Shown: positions 31,261-45,379 of the stretch, piece after piece
Layout of the letters: every line of letters starts with the position of its first letter
How positions within the stretch are numbered: the stretch's first letter is position 1
Source: the human T2T-CHM13v2.0 reference genome, Homo sapiens
DNA: 64,000 nt
Reading direction: 5' to 3' (one strand)
Assembly (NCBI RefSeq): GCF_009914755.1
Contig: NC_060927.1
The notes under the pieces: generated by a model
Database searches by the model: none
Told to the model about the DNA's origin: nothing
Seen by the model: only the letters and a program-made list of their open reading frames with translations
Made by a program: the position numbers and the translations under genes

Positions 31261-31599
31261 ACAACAGCCTCCTAAGTCATTTAGCAAACTAATTTCAGGT
31301 TGAATGAAAGCCTGGTGGATCACACTACAAATAGTTAAGTTTCATTCTGAGATAAACCAGCCAAGAGTTTATTTTTCTTCTTATGCCACTTTCTGAATTT
31401 CAAATATTTTTTAGTAATGAAACCATATTTCCCCCTTCACAGAACCCCAAAATGTTTAATAGTTTTGAGTGGTATTTTAGTATAACTTGAAAGTTCTGTC
31501 ATTTACTGTAATGTCAACCAATGGCAACACAATCTGAGAATTAGTGGCATCTTCACTTTAAAGGCATCTGTGCCTTTAAGTGTATGTGTTGTCACATTT

Positions 31600-33097
31600 A
31601 CAGTTAGCTGATCTTCGATAAGGGTGCCAAGGACACACAATGGAGAAGGATAGTCTCTTCAATAAATGGTATTGGGAAAGCCAGATGTCCATGTGCAAAA
31701 GAATGAAATTGAGCTTTTATCTCACACCATAACAAAATCAACTAATAATGGATTAAAGACTTAAACATAAGACCTGAAACTGAAAAATTACTACAAGAAA
31801 ATATAGAAAAAATTATCAAAATTGATTTGTGCAATGTTTTTTAATATGACACCAAAAGCACAGGCACCAAAAGCAAACATAGACAAGTGAGATAGTGTCA
31901 AACCAAAAAGTTTATGCGTGACACAGAAAACAGTTAATAGACTGAAAAGGGAATCTATGATATGTGATAAAATATTTGTAAATCATATATCTAAAAAGAA
32001 TTAATTTCTAAAATATATAATAAACTCATAAAACACAATAGTAAAAACACAAATAACCTGATTTTTTAAATGGGCAAAGGACCTGAATAGGCTTTTCTCC
32101 AAAGAAGACATAAAAATGGCCAACAGGTATATAAAAACGTGCTTAACATCACTCATCAGCAAGGAAATAAAAATTAAAATCACAATGAGATATCACCTCA
32201 CTCCTGTAAGCATAGGCATTATTATTTTTTTTTTAGAAAAAAAAAACCTACCATTAGTGAGATTGTGGAGAAATTAGAACCCTTATACACTGTTGGTGGG
32301 AATATAAAACGCTGCAGCCATTATGGAAAACAGTATGGCGGTTCCTCAAAAAATTAAAAAGAAAACTACATCTTATTAATCAATCCCACTTTGGGGGTAT
32401 ATATTCAAAAGAACTGAAATCAGGCTCTTGAAGAAATACCTGTATTCTCATGTTCATTGCAACATTATTCACAATAGCCAAAATATGGAAACAATCCAAA
32501 TGTTTATCAACAGATGAATAAGCAAAGAAAGTGTTGTATAAACATACAATGAAATATTACCTAGCATTGAAAAATAAGAAACATCTATTATTTGCATCTG
32601 GAAGACATTATGGAACAGAAAGATATGATGCTAAGTGAAATAAGCCAGTCACAGGACAAACACTGCATGATTCCTCTTATAAGAGACATCTAAAATAATC
32701 AGAAATACAGAAGTTGACAAAAGAATGATGGATACCCAGGGATGAGGAGGGGGCATACAGGAAGTTGTTGTTTAATAATTGCAAAATTACAGTAATTCCC
32801 AGAGATGTGCTGTACCACATAGTGCCTATAGTTAATAATAAGGTATTGTGTACTTAAATATTTATTAAGAGGACAGATCTCATGTTAAGGGTTCTTAGCA
32901 GAAAAACAAACAAACAAAAACCCAAAGAGACACAAGGAAACTTCTGAAGATGATGGATATATATATATTTTTTATCTGGATTGTGGTGATACCAGTATGA
33001 GTGCCCACACATATCCAAACTTGCCAAATTGTATACATTAATTTTATGAAGTTTTTTTTATAACAATTACACCTGAATAAAGCTGGAGAGAAATAAA
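31600..33097 (+). mobile_element. L1MA/L1MB-type 3' portion (~1.5 kb)
   Basis: Degenerate ORF2 C-terminus (gatcttcgataagggtgccaag...) and 3' end ...aataaagctgg; possible degenerate TSD ~31576-31592 / 33099-33115. Confidence 0.85.
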
Positions 33098-33223
33098 ATT
33101 TAGGTATGTGGGTTGTTTTCTGTTACATATTTTAAATATTAAAATATATTTTAGAAAATATTCTATAATTGGGATAGTGGTTGCACAGGTGTATACATTA
33201 ATCAAAACTCATCAAGCTACGAG

Positions 33224-33649
33224 TTTTTTTTTTAAACTTTTGAGTTCAGGGGTACACATGCAGGTTTGTTACACAGGTAAACTTGTGTCATAGGGATTTG
33301 TTGTATGGATTATTTCATCACCCAGGTATTAAGCCTAGTACCCATTAGTTATTTTTCCTTATCCTCTCCCTCCTCCCACCTTTCACCCTCCAATAGCCCC
33401 CAGTGTATGTTGTTCCCTGCTATGTGTACATGTGTTCTCATTATTTAGCTCCCACCTGTAAGTGAGAACAGGTGGTATTTGGTTTCCTGTTCTGGTGTTA
33501 GTCTGCTAAGGATAATAGTCTCCAGCTTTATCCACGCTTCTGCAAAGGACATAACCTTATTCTTTTTATGGCTGCATCGTATTTCATAGTGTATATGTAC
33601 CACATTTTCTTTATCCAGTCTATCATCAATGGGCATTTGATTACATGGC
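33224..33649 (-). mobile_element. Old L1PA (PA13-16-like) 3' end
   Basis: T-tract then gttcaggggtacacatgcaggtttgttacacaggtaaac...atcacccagg. Confidence 0.85.
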
Positions 33650-33653
33650 TTAA

Positions 33654-36600
33654 GCAAGACTGATGGCTGACTAGAATTACCTGGTGCTCATCTCACCTCC
33701 ACAAAAAGAGACAAAAACAACCAATAAACAACTACTTTTCAACTAGAATAACTGAAGAAGTACACTGAAGGGCACCATGGGAATGGCAAAAAATCTCTGT
33801 GGAGTATGAAAGCCCAGGATAGGACCGTAGAGAGGGAGGCAAAGAGTCTCACCTCTGCCACACTGTCTCTCCTGCCAAGATTAGCTCAGAGTTCACGGGA
33901 CTCCATCTTACAAGAAAAAAGGTAAGCTGGAGATCCCCAAACAGTCCCCACTGCCCCTATAAAAATCCTTGCTATAGGAGAGATTCTGAATCCTCACAGT
34001 TCCCAAATTCAGTTTGCAGAGTATCCAATATTTGCATAGCTGCATTGCCACCAATGTGGAAGCCAGCTTAACTACCTCTTACCCTCATGATCTAAGCTGC
34101 TACAGCTCGGTGCCACCTTGAAACCAGACCCAGAAATGCTATTCTTCAGAAATGAAGGGGAAATACAGACCTTTCCAGACAAGCAAATGTTGAGGGAATT
34201 CATCACCAGTAGACCAGCCTTACAAGAAATGCTTAAGGGCATGCTACAGCTAGAAATAAAAGAACAATAAGTACTATCATGAAAACACATGCAAGTATAA
34301 AACTCACCAGCAGAGGTCAATTTATAAATTAAACTCAGAATACCCCAGTGATATAATGGTGCTATATAAATCTCTTAATCCTCTACTATAAAGGTTTAAA
34401 GTCAAAATAGTCAAAAACAACAAAAGCTACATTTAGTGACTAAGGAACACATAATGGATTTTTTTAAAGGTAAATTAAGGCAACAAAAATATAAATGGAG
34501 GGCAGAGAAAAAAGTCTAGAGTATCTTTAGGCAACCAAACTTAAGTTGTGATCAGCTTAAAATCGTCTATTTTAACTACAAGACTCTTTGTATTAGCCCC
34601 ATGGTAACTACAAAGAAAGAAATTACAGCAGATAAACAAATGAGAAAGAGAATGGAAATATAGCTTAGCACCACAGAAAACCAACAAACCAGATGAAACA
34701 ATGACAGAGAAAGGAAGGAAGAAAGAATTTTAAAAAAATCAGAAAACAACTAAAAATAGTGGAAGTAACCCTTTATCCATTATTAACAACCTTGAATATA
34801 AATAGATTAAATTCTCCACTTAAAATGTATAGAGTGGCTGAATAGGTTAAAAGACAAAAAACAAGACCCAGCTACATGCTGCCTATAAGAGACTCACCTC
34901 ATTTTTAAAGGCAAACATAGACTAAAAATGAAGGGATGAAAAAAGATATTCCATGCAGACAGAGACAAAAAGTGTGTAGCCATACTTATATCAGATAAAG
35001 TAGACTTTAAGTAGAAAACTGTAAAAAGAGACAAAGAAGAGCGTTATAATAAAGGAATCAATTCAACAAAGAATATAACAATTGTAAATATATAGGCACT
35101 CAATGCCAGAGCACCCAGATATATAAAGTAAATATTATTAGACCTAAAAGGAGAGGTAGTCAGCAATACAGTAATCGTAGGAGGCTTCAACACCCAACTT
35201 TCAATAATGTACAGGTCATCGAGACAAACAATTTGACAGATAAATATCAGACTTCTACTGCACAATAGACCAAATGGACCTAACAGACATTTGCAGAACA
35301 TTTCATCCAATAGCTGAAGAATACACTTTATTCTCAAATTCACATGGAATGTTCTCCAGGATATATCACATGTTAGGCCATAAAACAAGCCTTAAGCATA
35401 TAAAGATCACATCAAGTATCCTTTCTGATCACAATGTTATAAAACTAGAAACCAACAAGAAAAGCTTCAGAAACTGTACAAATACATGGAAATTAAACAG
35501 CACGCTCTTAAACAACCAATGGGTCAATGAAGAAATTAAAAAGGAAATTAAAATTTTTATTGGGATACATAAAAAAATGGAAATGCATCATACCAAAACC
35601 TGTGGAATGCAGCAAAATCAGTTCTAAAAGGGTCATTTATGGTAAGAAACATCAAAAAGGAAGAAAGATTTCCGATAAACAACCTAATAGTGCACCTCAA
35701 GAAACTTAGAGAAACAAGAACAAACTAAAGGCAAAATTGATAGAAGAAAAGAAATAATAAAGCTCAGAGCAGAAATAAACAATATATAGACTACAAAAAA
35801 AAGATTCAAAAGATCAGTGAAATGAAGTCACTTTTTTAAAAAGATAAAATTGACAAAACCTTTAGATAGTCTAAACTGTTATTAACAACCACACGACAAC
35901 AAATTTGATAACATAGAAGAAATACATAAATTCCTGGACACATACAACCTACCTAGATTAAATTATGAAGAAACAGAAAATCTGAACAGACCAATAACAA
36001 GTGAAAAAATTGAGTGAGTAATAAAAAGACATTTATCAAAGAAAAGCTCAGGACCTGATGGCCTTACTGCTGAATCCTACCAAACATTTAAGAAGAATTA
36101 ATACCAATTCTCCTCAAACTAGTCCAGAAAATTGACCTCAAAAGCACAAGAGAAAAAAGCAAATATATACAAATGGGATTACACCAAACTAAAAAGCTTT
36201 TGCACAGCAAAGGAAACTTTTAACAGAGTAAAGAGACAACTTACAGAATGGGGTAAAATATTTGCAAACCAGACACCTAACAAAGGGTTAATATTCATTC
36301 AGAATATATAAGGAACTTAACATTAAAAAAAATAACGTGATTTAAAAATGAACAAAGACTTAAATAGACATTTCTCAAAAGAAGACATACATATGATGAA
36401 CCAGCAAATTTTTAAAATGTTCAATATTACTAATTATCAGGAAAATGTAAATGAAAACCACAATGAGATACCTCACCCAGTTAAAATGGCTATTATCAAG
36501 AAGACAAAGGAAAATAAGTGTTGGCAAGGATGTAAAGAAGAGGCAGCACTTACACGCTATTGGAGGGACTGTAAACTAGTACAGCCACTATGAAAAATAG

Positions 36601-37291
36601 TATGAAGTTTCTCAAAAAATTAAAAATAGAACTATTATATTATCCAGCAATCCCACTACCAAGCATATATCCAAAGAAAATGAAATCAGTATGTTGAAGA
36701 GATATCTGCACTCCCATGTTTACTGCAGTATTATTTATAATAGCCAAGATATTCAGTCAACCTAAATGTCCAACAACGAATGAATGGATAAGATAGTGTG
36801 ATATATTTGCACAACAGAATACTATCTAGCCATAGAAAGGAGTGAAATCTTGTTATTTGCATCAACATGGATGAACCTGGAGAACTTCATATTAAGTGAA
36901 ATAAGCCAGGCACAGAAAGACACTGTCTAATCTTACTTATATGTAGAATCTTTTTTTAAGAAAGTTGGTATCATAGAAGCAGAGAGTAGAACAGTGGATA
37001 CCAGAGGCTGAGAAGGGGAGGAGAGAGGAGTGGATGAGATGTTGGTCAATGGGTACAAAGTTGCAGTTAGAAGGAATACCTTCTGGTGTTTTAATGCACA
37101 GTAGAGTGAAAATGGTTAACAGTAAAATGCTGTTTTTTACAAAATAACTAGAGGAGAGGCTTTTGAAAATTCTAACCACAAAATAAATGATAAATGCATG
37201 AGATGAAGCATATACTACTCTGACTGGATAATTATATAAAACATGAAATTGTCCCCCATCAATATATACAGTTACAATGTGTCAATTAAAA
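33654..37291 (+). mobile_element. L1MA5/6-like element with 5'UTR, end of ORF1, endonuclease region and 3' end; large internal deletions
   Basis: caag..atggctgactag 5' start; EN relic ORF 35274-35627 (DLTDICRTFHP...SDHN); jumps at ~34130, ~35875 and ~36137; TSD core CTCATCAAGCT at 33208-33218 and 37448-37458. Confidence 0.85.
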
Positions 37292-37746
37292 GTAATTTCT
37301 TAAAAATAACCATTCTACAAAATAATTTTACATTAATTTTTCATCTTGATCCTGAGTTAATTTTATTTTTTTTGTTTTTCATAAACTGAATATGAAAATT
37401 TATACTAACAAACTAAACTACAAGTTAATCCATTTGAAAAGAAAAACCTCATCAAGCTGAACATCTAAAATGAATGCATTTTGATATATTTTATATGTAA
37501 ATCATCTCACTAAAGTTGATAAAAAGGAAGAAATTGTATTTATATTTCAAACAAATAATTGCAGTACCTCTGAAGTAATTAGGCTACCTCAGGACACAAT
37601 TTGGAAACCTTGAAATTCAAGCTAACATTTGGTGAATCAGATTGGAGAAGCTGAGAACTGTTTGTGTCCCAAGGTTCAAATAAACAATGAAAAACTTCAA
37701 TCCTCCTTCCAGGAATTTCAATGGCTAAAAAACTTATCTAATCCCC

Positions 37747-37800
37747 GGCCAGGGGATCACGCCTATAATCCCAGTGGAGGCCAAGGTGGGCGGATCACTT
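37747..37800 (+). mobile_element. Degenerate Alu 5' fragment
   Basis: tcacgcctataatcccag...gaggccaaggtgggcggatcactt. Confidence 0.75.
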
Positions 37801-38989
37801 TAAGAATGTTCCTACTCTTTATCATGATAATTTTACTTCTAGGAAAAAAAAAAATCTCAAATACAGGGTGATTGGGGCCAGATGTCCCTTATATATAAGA
37901 AATTTATCCTGTAATTATTCATAATAGCAAAGCTTTGAAAATTCATATCCAATAATGGAAAGCTGGTTCAACCAACTGTGGTAGATTTTGTATGTGAAAT
38001 ATTATACAATCATTTAAAATGAGGTTTATGACTAATTTTGATAATATACATATATATACACATATATTCTTTATTATGAAATGATAAAAAGGGCAGCATA
38101 CAAACTGTAGCTATTGTATGGGCTTCACTCCGATTACTATCATAGCATCACAACAAACACAAATCCTATGTTTAACAGATATTCTTTAAACCAATACTAT
38201 TAAATGAAACCAAACTAATAGCACAAACCTGGGAGATTTAAGTAACACAAAAGATGAGAAATTGAAGTGCAAACAATGTACATCCCCTACAAACCACAAA
38301 GGTGAACTCTAATAGGGAAAATATGTATGTAAAGAGTAAAAAAAATAATTGCACAAGTATCAAATAGCAAAATCTTGTCTTGGCACAGTTTGCACAGAAA
38401 GTATCTGAGTTTTAATTGATCACAAACCACATGACCATTCTTAATGGAGTTATAGAAGGTATTAACAGAAGTGAAGAGTGCAGGTCCCTGATGTCATTGC
38501 TCCACTATCTTCTCCCTTGATGAAATCCTCCATTGTACTTGATACCTCCTGGTGCCACATTTTAAGAGGCATGGATGCCTTACCTTATTTCACCATCCTG
38601 AGATCAGGGACCATCAGCACCATGACCTTTATTTACCTTATGATCTTAGACATTAAGCATAATTTTTCTCTACAAAATGCTCAGGAATACTTGCTCTAAA
38701 ATCCATGGCCAGAAAAATGAGTGTTTAATTTTGGGAATGATTAAGAGTTTGGTTTAAAGACAGGCTTAATAGAAGTAAATGCTGGATACAAAAGAAGGCA
38801 GATTCCTAACGGGCAGGAATATCAATACCACGTACTCCAGATTAACATGAAACACATGGTTTTAGATGAGGACATTGATGAAAGGAATAATTTGGATGCC
38901 TAGAACCAAAGGAGAGAAAAACATTAATTTTATAGACTAGTGGTAATTCGTTGGGTTATTCTGCCTCCACAGAGAACTGGATGAGAGAG

Positions 38990-39230
38990 GTGCAGTGTCA
39001 TGAAGACAACATGGGTATTGGAGACACAAAGATCTGAGTTCAAATCCTAATCCCACTTCTCACTAGTCTCGTGACCTGAACATATACATTTCCTATGTGA
39101 ATGTCAGTTTTCTCACCTGTAGAGTGGGTTATCACAGTCCCTATCTTATAATACTGTCATGAGGATTATATGAATATGCATGTAATGACTTAGCATATGG
39201 TGCATAGCAAACAGTCTGGTACTCATTATT
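38990..39230 (+). mobile_element. MIR
   Basis: ctgagttcaaatcct...cagttttctcacctgta. Confidence 0.75.
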
Positions 39231-39416
39231 CTGAGAGGAAGACAGTGAAGGATAGCAGGAGGACAGTTTTGAAGTCAGACAGTCTGGGTTCAATTTGTCA
39301 TTGCTCCTTCACTTACCACTTGTGTGACCTGGGGCAAGTTACTTAACACCTCTGTGCCTCTACACTATATACAATTTTTTTTGTCTACTATACCTCAATA
39401 AAAATAGAAAAAAATA

Positions 39417-39735
39417 GGCTGGACACAGTGGCTCACACCTGTAATCCCAGCACTTTGGGAGGCCAAGGCAGGAGGATTGCTCAAGGCCAGGAGTTTGAGA
39501 CCAGCTAAGCAATATATCAAGATCCCATCTCTATGAAAAATAAAATTAGCCAGGTGTGGTGGCATGTGCCTATAGTCCTAGCTAGTTGGGAGGTTGAGGT
39601 AGGAAGATTCTTTGATCCCAGGAATTTGAGACTGCAGTGAGCTATGATTGCACCACTGCACTCCAACCTGGGCAACAGAGAGAGAGACTCTGTCTCTTAA
39701 AGAAAAAAAAAGAGGATGGAAAAAATAAAATAAAA
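39417..39735 (+). mobile_element. AluJ inserted in the tail of a short L1M 3' end, inside a MIR (~39260-39840)
   Basis: GGAGGATTGCT and GAGCTATGATTG are AluJ diagnostics. Confidence 0.9.
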
Positions 39736-40984
39736 TATAGATGAGCCCAATTTGCAAGATAGTTTTGATAATTAAATATGACAATATATATAAAGTGCTT
39801 AGGAGAGTACCTGATACATTGTTTAAGTACTCTCAATATATTTAAGGTATTATAAATAAATCATCATTGTCATTAATAAAGAGATAAAATAGATTGAAAT
39901 TACAAAGGAAATATGACTTTTAAGGAGATAATTATCAATAGTGAGTCTAGTTAAACATGCAAATAGGCACTCAGGAAAAGTGTCAAAAATACCTCCTTTG
40001 AAATGTTGAAGGTGATTCAATCTAGAGGCAGAAGACTCCTAATTGTACATGCCCTCTCAAACTCTTTCTCCAATCTGTAATTCCATCTTTCAAATGACCA
40101 GCATGGGTCTCAAGGTACACTATAAAAACTGCTGGGGACCAATGCTCCACTTGAATGCCCAGAATGTGGCTTGCCAGTTCTTCAGCCTAAGGATGGGAGT
40201 AAGGCTAATGTCATGTTTTACTCTGTGCAGGAAGCCAGATGTTATTCCTCTGGCTGATGAAATTATCTTCAGGGCATACAAAAGAATTAATTAAGAGGCA
40301 ACACAGATTTCAATTCAAATACTTTTTGCTCATCTGTAACCTGAATTTCCCTTCTTGTGTAATTCTGTTCTCAGACATTATGACACTGAAAATGTTGAGA
40401 TTTTACTTATAAGGAATCCAATTAGTCACATATGCAATCCAGTAATCTTATTTTCCTGTATCTAAGTGCATCACTTAAAAGTTGAACATCATGGAACCAT
40501 CAGCCTCTGGTCACAGGCACATGACCCCAGGCAACAAGGAGAAAATATTATCTGGCTGTAATATTTGATTTTGTTTTCTTTTATATTCAATACTCAGGGT
40601 AAGATTTCTAATATCACCAAGATCAGCTTTCTTTTTCTTTTTTGTTTTTTTAAAAAATTATTCTTATTAAGGATGTGTTAAGGGGGAGGTATAAAGCAAC
40701 ATCAAAGTTTTCCCAAATGGGAGTCTGATGCAAAATCACAGTGCAAACTTTGTGAACAAGTGAAGAAAACTGTCGTTTTTTTATCATCTGTCATGCTGGG
40801 TGTTACCCATCCAAACCTTGCAAGTCAACAAAGTGTGAACAGAAAATCTTTTGAGAAAGAAGCTTGTCTGTGATATCCAGAGGGAATGTTTTAATTGACT
40901 TAATTTTCATTTTCTAGCTCTCGTCTATGTCCACAACTGGGAAGTTAACAGTGTTCAGGGACCTAGTCAAGTGAGTGTGGGAGT

Positions 40985-41316
40985 GTAGTCTAAACTCAAA
41001 CGCCTCCAGGGGCCACTTTTGTAGGGCAAGTGAGTGAAGCAGGCTGGCTAGCAGGAGGCACAAGCACGAACCTCGTATTTTGTTAAGGAGGGAAGATGCT
41101 AATTATCACCAGCTCATTGTTGCCATAGGATTAAAGACCCCACATTGCCAGATTTTCTGGTTGCTTGGAAGAAACCAGAAATCTGGAGTTTTATGAAAAA
41201 TCTCATGATCTTTGAGTTACGGCAATTACTACAAAGCTTGTTAGAACACTGTGAAAACCAGACAAAATATGTCTGCAGACAACAGAAAGGCCACCAGATT
41301 CAAGTTTGCAACCTTT
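40985..41316. mobile_element. MER45-like hAT-Tip100 DNA transposon
   Basis: aaactcaaacgcctccaggggcc...ttgccagattttct...agtttgcaacct. Confidence 0.55.
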
Positions 41317-41902
41317 GAAAAAGCAGAAATAACATGGGCTTTGGAAGCAACCAGATTCCAGCTTTACTGTTTACTAATTGTATGACCCTGGGCGATGTAT
41401 TAATTCTCAAGCCTTAGCTATCTTTTCTAGTTAGTAAAGCTTTTATTGCAGAGTAATTGTGAGGATAGAATATACGTAAATTAACTAATACATAACTGGC
41501 ATCAACACAGATTGATGGCTACTTTAATTCATCACATAAATGTTAATATTGCTTGTCCCATTTTCATAAAAGTTCTAGGCTTTGGAGCAATGGAAAATTG
41601 AATATCTTAGGTATAGGTAAAATTGTTATTTTGAGTTTTATCCTCATGGTTTAATACATGAAAGGGTGCTGGCCCACTATTATCCCAAGCATGAGAGAAA
41701 CCTGTTTTGTTGACTTCTTCCACAAGCCCTCTAGCCAAGAAAATTCCACAGCCCACTTCTCTGGGCAAGCTCAACAACATGGGCACACATTATCCCTTCT
41801 GTGCTGCTAACAGGGATGCTAGGTCATATGGTGACCAAACCCTACATCTGGGTAGGTGGAGTGGGGAGGGGGAAGAGAAAATGAAAAACAGTGGAGGGAT
41901 CG

Positions 41903-42227
41903 GAATTAATCACCAGAATTATAAGGAGTTTAAACAACTCTACAGGAAAAAAAATCTAATAATCTCATCAAAAAATAGGTGAAAGATATGAATAGATACT
42001 TCTCAGAAGAAGACATACAAATGGCAAACAGGCATATGAAAAGGTGCTCAACATCACTGATCATCAGAAAAATGCAAATCAAAACTACAATGAGATATCA
42101 TTTCATTCCAGTTAAAATGGCTTGTATCCAAAGACAGGCAATAACAAATGGTGGTGAGTATGTGGAGAAAAGGGAACCCTTGTACACTGTTGGTGGGGAT
42201 GTAAATTAGTACAACCACCACTATGGC
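41903..42227 (+). mobile_element. Isolated internal L1 (L1PB/L1MA) ORF2 C-terminal fragment, no tail
   Basis: ORF 41979-42209 ([39 protein letters not shown]). Confidence 0.88.
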
Positions 42228-43363
42228 ATGATTTATTTTAGGCCCCCTCCACATAAAGGTAACCTAGGCACCCTTGAGATGGTCTTCCTACCACACATTC
42301 AGGGAAAGAAAAAGATTTAAGTCAAGATTTCATGTAGTGTCCTCTTTCTCAAGGTCACACGACTGTCTGAGACCCCAGCTCTCTGTCTCTAAGATAGGGT
42401 GAGATTACTGGACACTGAGGTCTTTGAGGACACAAGCCATAGTGCTCAATACATGCTGGGGTTAAATAGCTGTGTTGCTTTTTCACAGAGCTATTATCAG
42501 CAGGAAATAACATAAGTGGATGGATATTGTGAATATAAAACACTATATGGATATATTATTACTACAAACAATAATCTTGTAGTAGAGTCCACTGATAATT
42601 GATGTGTTACATATAACCGCACAAATCGTCACTAACAATAATTACCAACAACTCACCAAAGCCCATGGTTCATCATAACATGCTTCCATATGGAATTGAT
42701 CCAAAGGTAGGTAGTTTTCAGAATTACTTAGAGCTTCCAAGAAAGATCTCAATGATTGTGTATTAAAATTCAATGAAAAAATTGAATTAATGGTGATTGA
42801 AGCAACCACCTAGAAGTTTGGAGTATAATTTGGGTGTTCCCAATGAGAACAAGTACTCCTCCAATCATAGGGTCACTGCCAAGGGCCACACACTCACGAG
42901 CTTGATTCTACCCAGGCATGCCCAGGAATAGAGCATATGCTCCAGTGAACTGAATATAAGTCTTTAGTTCATAAGAGTCCTTGCCTTCTGACTGTCTAAG
43001 AAGTGTTTGTTTGTACCACTTGATTATGATGCTTAGTTCCAGGAGCTAGTGAACACATCAGGACTCACCAGAAAGCAGGAAGATATTATTTCCACTCCTC
43101 GATGGAAGATGGAAAGCATTCTAAATTATCATTACACTTAACTGTCACCATATATTGCCATCATTACATAGCCAGGAGTTGATGAAGAGGGATTTTTTTA
43201 AAGGATATGATCCTAAATTAGGAAAATGAAAGGGTATGAAATGAAACTCTCAGTTTGTAATGTATTTCAAAGTCAAGTTTTTTTTCTTCCCTCTTTTCTG
43301 TCAATAAAAATCATGGCCATTATTAAAGATTTACTGTAAGTTTTCACCTAATGAAAATATTTC

Positions 43364-43428
43364 CGGCCAGGCATGATGGCTCACACCTGTAATTCCAGCA
43401 CTTTGGGAGGCTGAGGCAGGTTGGAGGA
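43364..43428 (+). mobile_element. Alu 5' fragment (3'-truncated)
   Basis: ggccaggcatgatggctcacacctgtaattccagcactttgggaggctgaggcagg, then abruptly non-Alu. Confidence 0.85.
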
Positions 43429-43604
43429 CCCATCTGGTAGGAGTAGGAGAAATAGAGGAGTTGCAGGCAGGGCTGGAAATGTTGCCTAGAAGAGTCCTCC
43501 GACCATGATCCAGCTTCTGCTGGATGGCCCAGCTGTTTGGTTCTGGGACTACCATCTTCTCCTTTTGTCCCTGTCACCCAGAGGAGTGCTGGCTCCCTTA
43601 GAGG

Positions 43605-43743
43605 GTTGGGGAAAGGAGAGAACCCTTAATTTGAAACATTTGCCAGTGTCTGTGGTGTAAATACTCCCTGACTTGCAAAATTCCTGAATATTTAACAGTG
43701 TGCTCTCAGGAGACTATATAAGCTGACTCCAACACATGACTGC
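43605..43743. mobile_element. MER63-like DNA transposon fragment
   Basis: tgtggtgtaaatactcc...aaaattcctgaatatttaacag...ctccaacacatgactg. Confidence 0.5.
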
Positions 43744-44084
43744 TCCAGCCCTAAGCAGAGTTCCTGTTGTTCATCCCTGGGTTTCTTCACAGCCCCTATT
43801 TAGGTTTTCAGTATTTGCAGCTTCTTTGTTACTAATTATCTAATTATTTCTCTTAGCCACCTGGCATGCACTTTGGTTTTATTATTATTATTATTATTAT
43901 ATCCTTACTGTATATTGTTAAGAGAGCAAAATTTGCTAAACTGCTTCTAGAAGTACCACAATATCAATGAACCATATGATTAAGCATGCTAGCAATTAAG
44001 CTGATATTAATGGTTATAGAGTGAGACTTTCTAGGTAAAGGAAGCCGTGAATCAATTTACACTGTGGCACAAGGTTCTTATCAC

Positions 44085-44600
44085 TGTGCACGGGTGGCAA
44101 AGTTTGTGGTAGCTGTGTGCTATAGTTTAATAGGACGCTTTGGAAAAATTATTTGACAATATGTATCAAAAGCCTCAAAAGCTTCCTATTATTTGTCCCA
44201 CCAGTTCTACTTAACAGAATCTATTGTAGGAACTCATCCAAAAAGAAGGGAAAATCCTCAAGCACAAAGATGTTTATTGCAGTATTACTTAAAATAGGGT
44301 ATATCTGGAAGGAATTTCAAAGTGAAAAAATTGATGAATTTAAATCCAGTTGATGGGATATTATGCAGCTTTGAAATTACAATGATCAATATTGTAGCAA
44401 TGTGAGGAAAAGCACATACTACTAAGCAATAAAATTAGGAAAGAAAATTTTACAAGCATGATAATAATCATATGAGAATATGCATGCCAGAAGAAAAAGA
44501 CTAAAATAAATATGTACAAATAATAGTTGAATTATGTTAACGGGTTAGAAGTAGATGGATTTCTTGCCTGTAATTTCCAAGGAGTTACTTTTTTATAATG
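44085..44600 (+). mobile_element. L1ME-like fragment
   Basis: ttgacaatatgtatcaaaagcct...aagatgtttattgcag. Confidence 0.65.
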
Positions 44601-45379
44601 TAGGCATTCCATTTAGTTTTGTTAAATAAAAAATAATGAGACTAACAAAGTCAATGAGAATATTTAGAAGGGAAAAAAAAGATACTATGTATTAAGACAC
44701 CCATGAATACTGTTTTATATTTACATTCTAAGCCTTCGATAGGCCTGAAGTTAAATTAAGATTCCCCAATCTGCCTATCAGCATTCATTTTCTGTGTATG
44801 TTGACTCCTCACCTAAATTTCACCTGCTCACTAACTGCTATCAAGCCTTTCTTTCAGAGAAGTGGCTGATATCACATATCTACATACAATTAAACATGCT
44901 GACTCTCGGGTCTTTTGAACCTTCTTTCTCCTATAGAGTGGAAGACTGTCTCTTAGAGGGACACCTTCCGGCTGCTTATAAACAGGTGAGCATAGTATTG
45001 AAGGCTTAAAGAATTTGGTCCAAGGGATCCAAAACAGGTCTATTTGTGCTCTGATCAGCATGGCTTCAAATCCCTTATTCTGAGTACTTTATTTTCTTAG
45101 AATAAGAACTGCTTCCTCTGCTACATCCTCTTCTCCTCCCTATTTCTCCATTCACATCAGCTAGATCTTTAAAAACAAGGCTTACTTAGACTAGGTACCT
45201 AGATGCAAAAAAGGAAAAAAAAAACAGACAAACTTAAAATCAGTCCTTATCCAATTTGTTTGGATTTTTAAATAAACAAAAAAAACCTAGCTGCGGAATT
45301 CAACCTAAAATATTGCCACACAAACCACCAAAGACTGATACCAGTGTCCAGCACAATTATAAAATAGCAATAAAGATCT

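Noticed and set aside
31554-31582. Small hairpin cactttaaaggca-tctg-tgcctttaagtg near an L1 5' junction
   Set aside because: Only 9 contiguous pairs plus a bulge; not significant.
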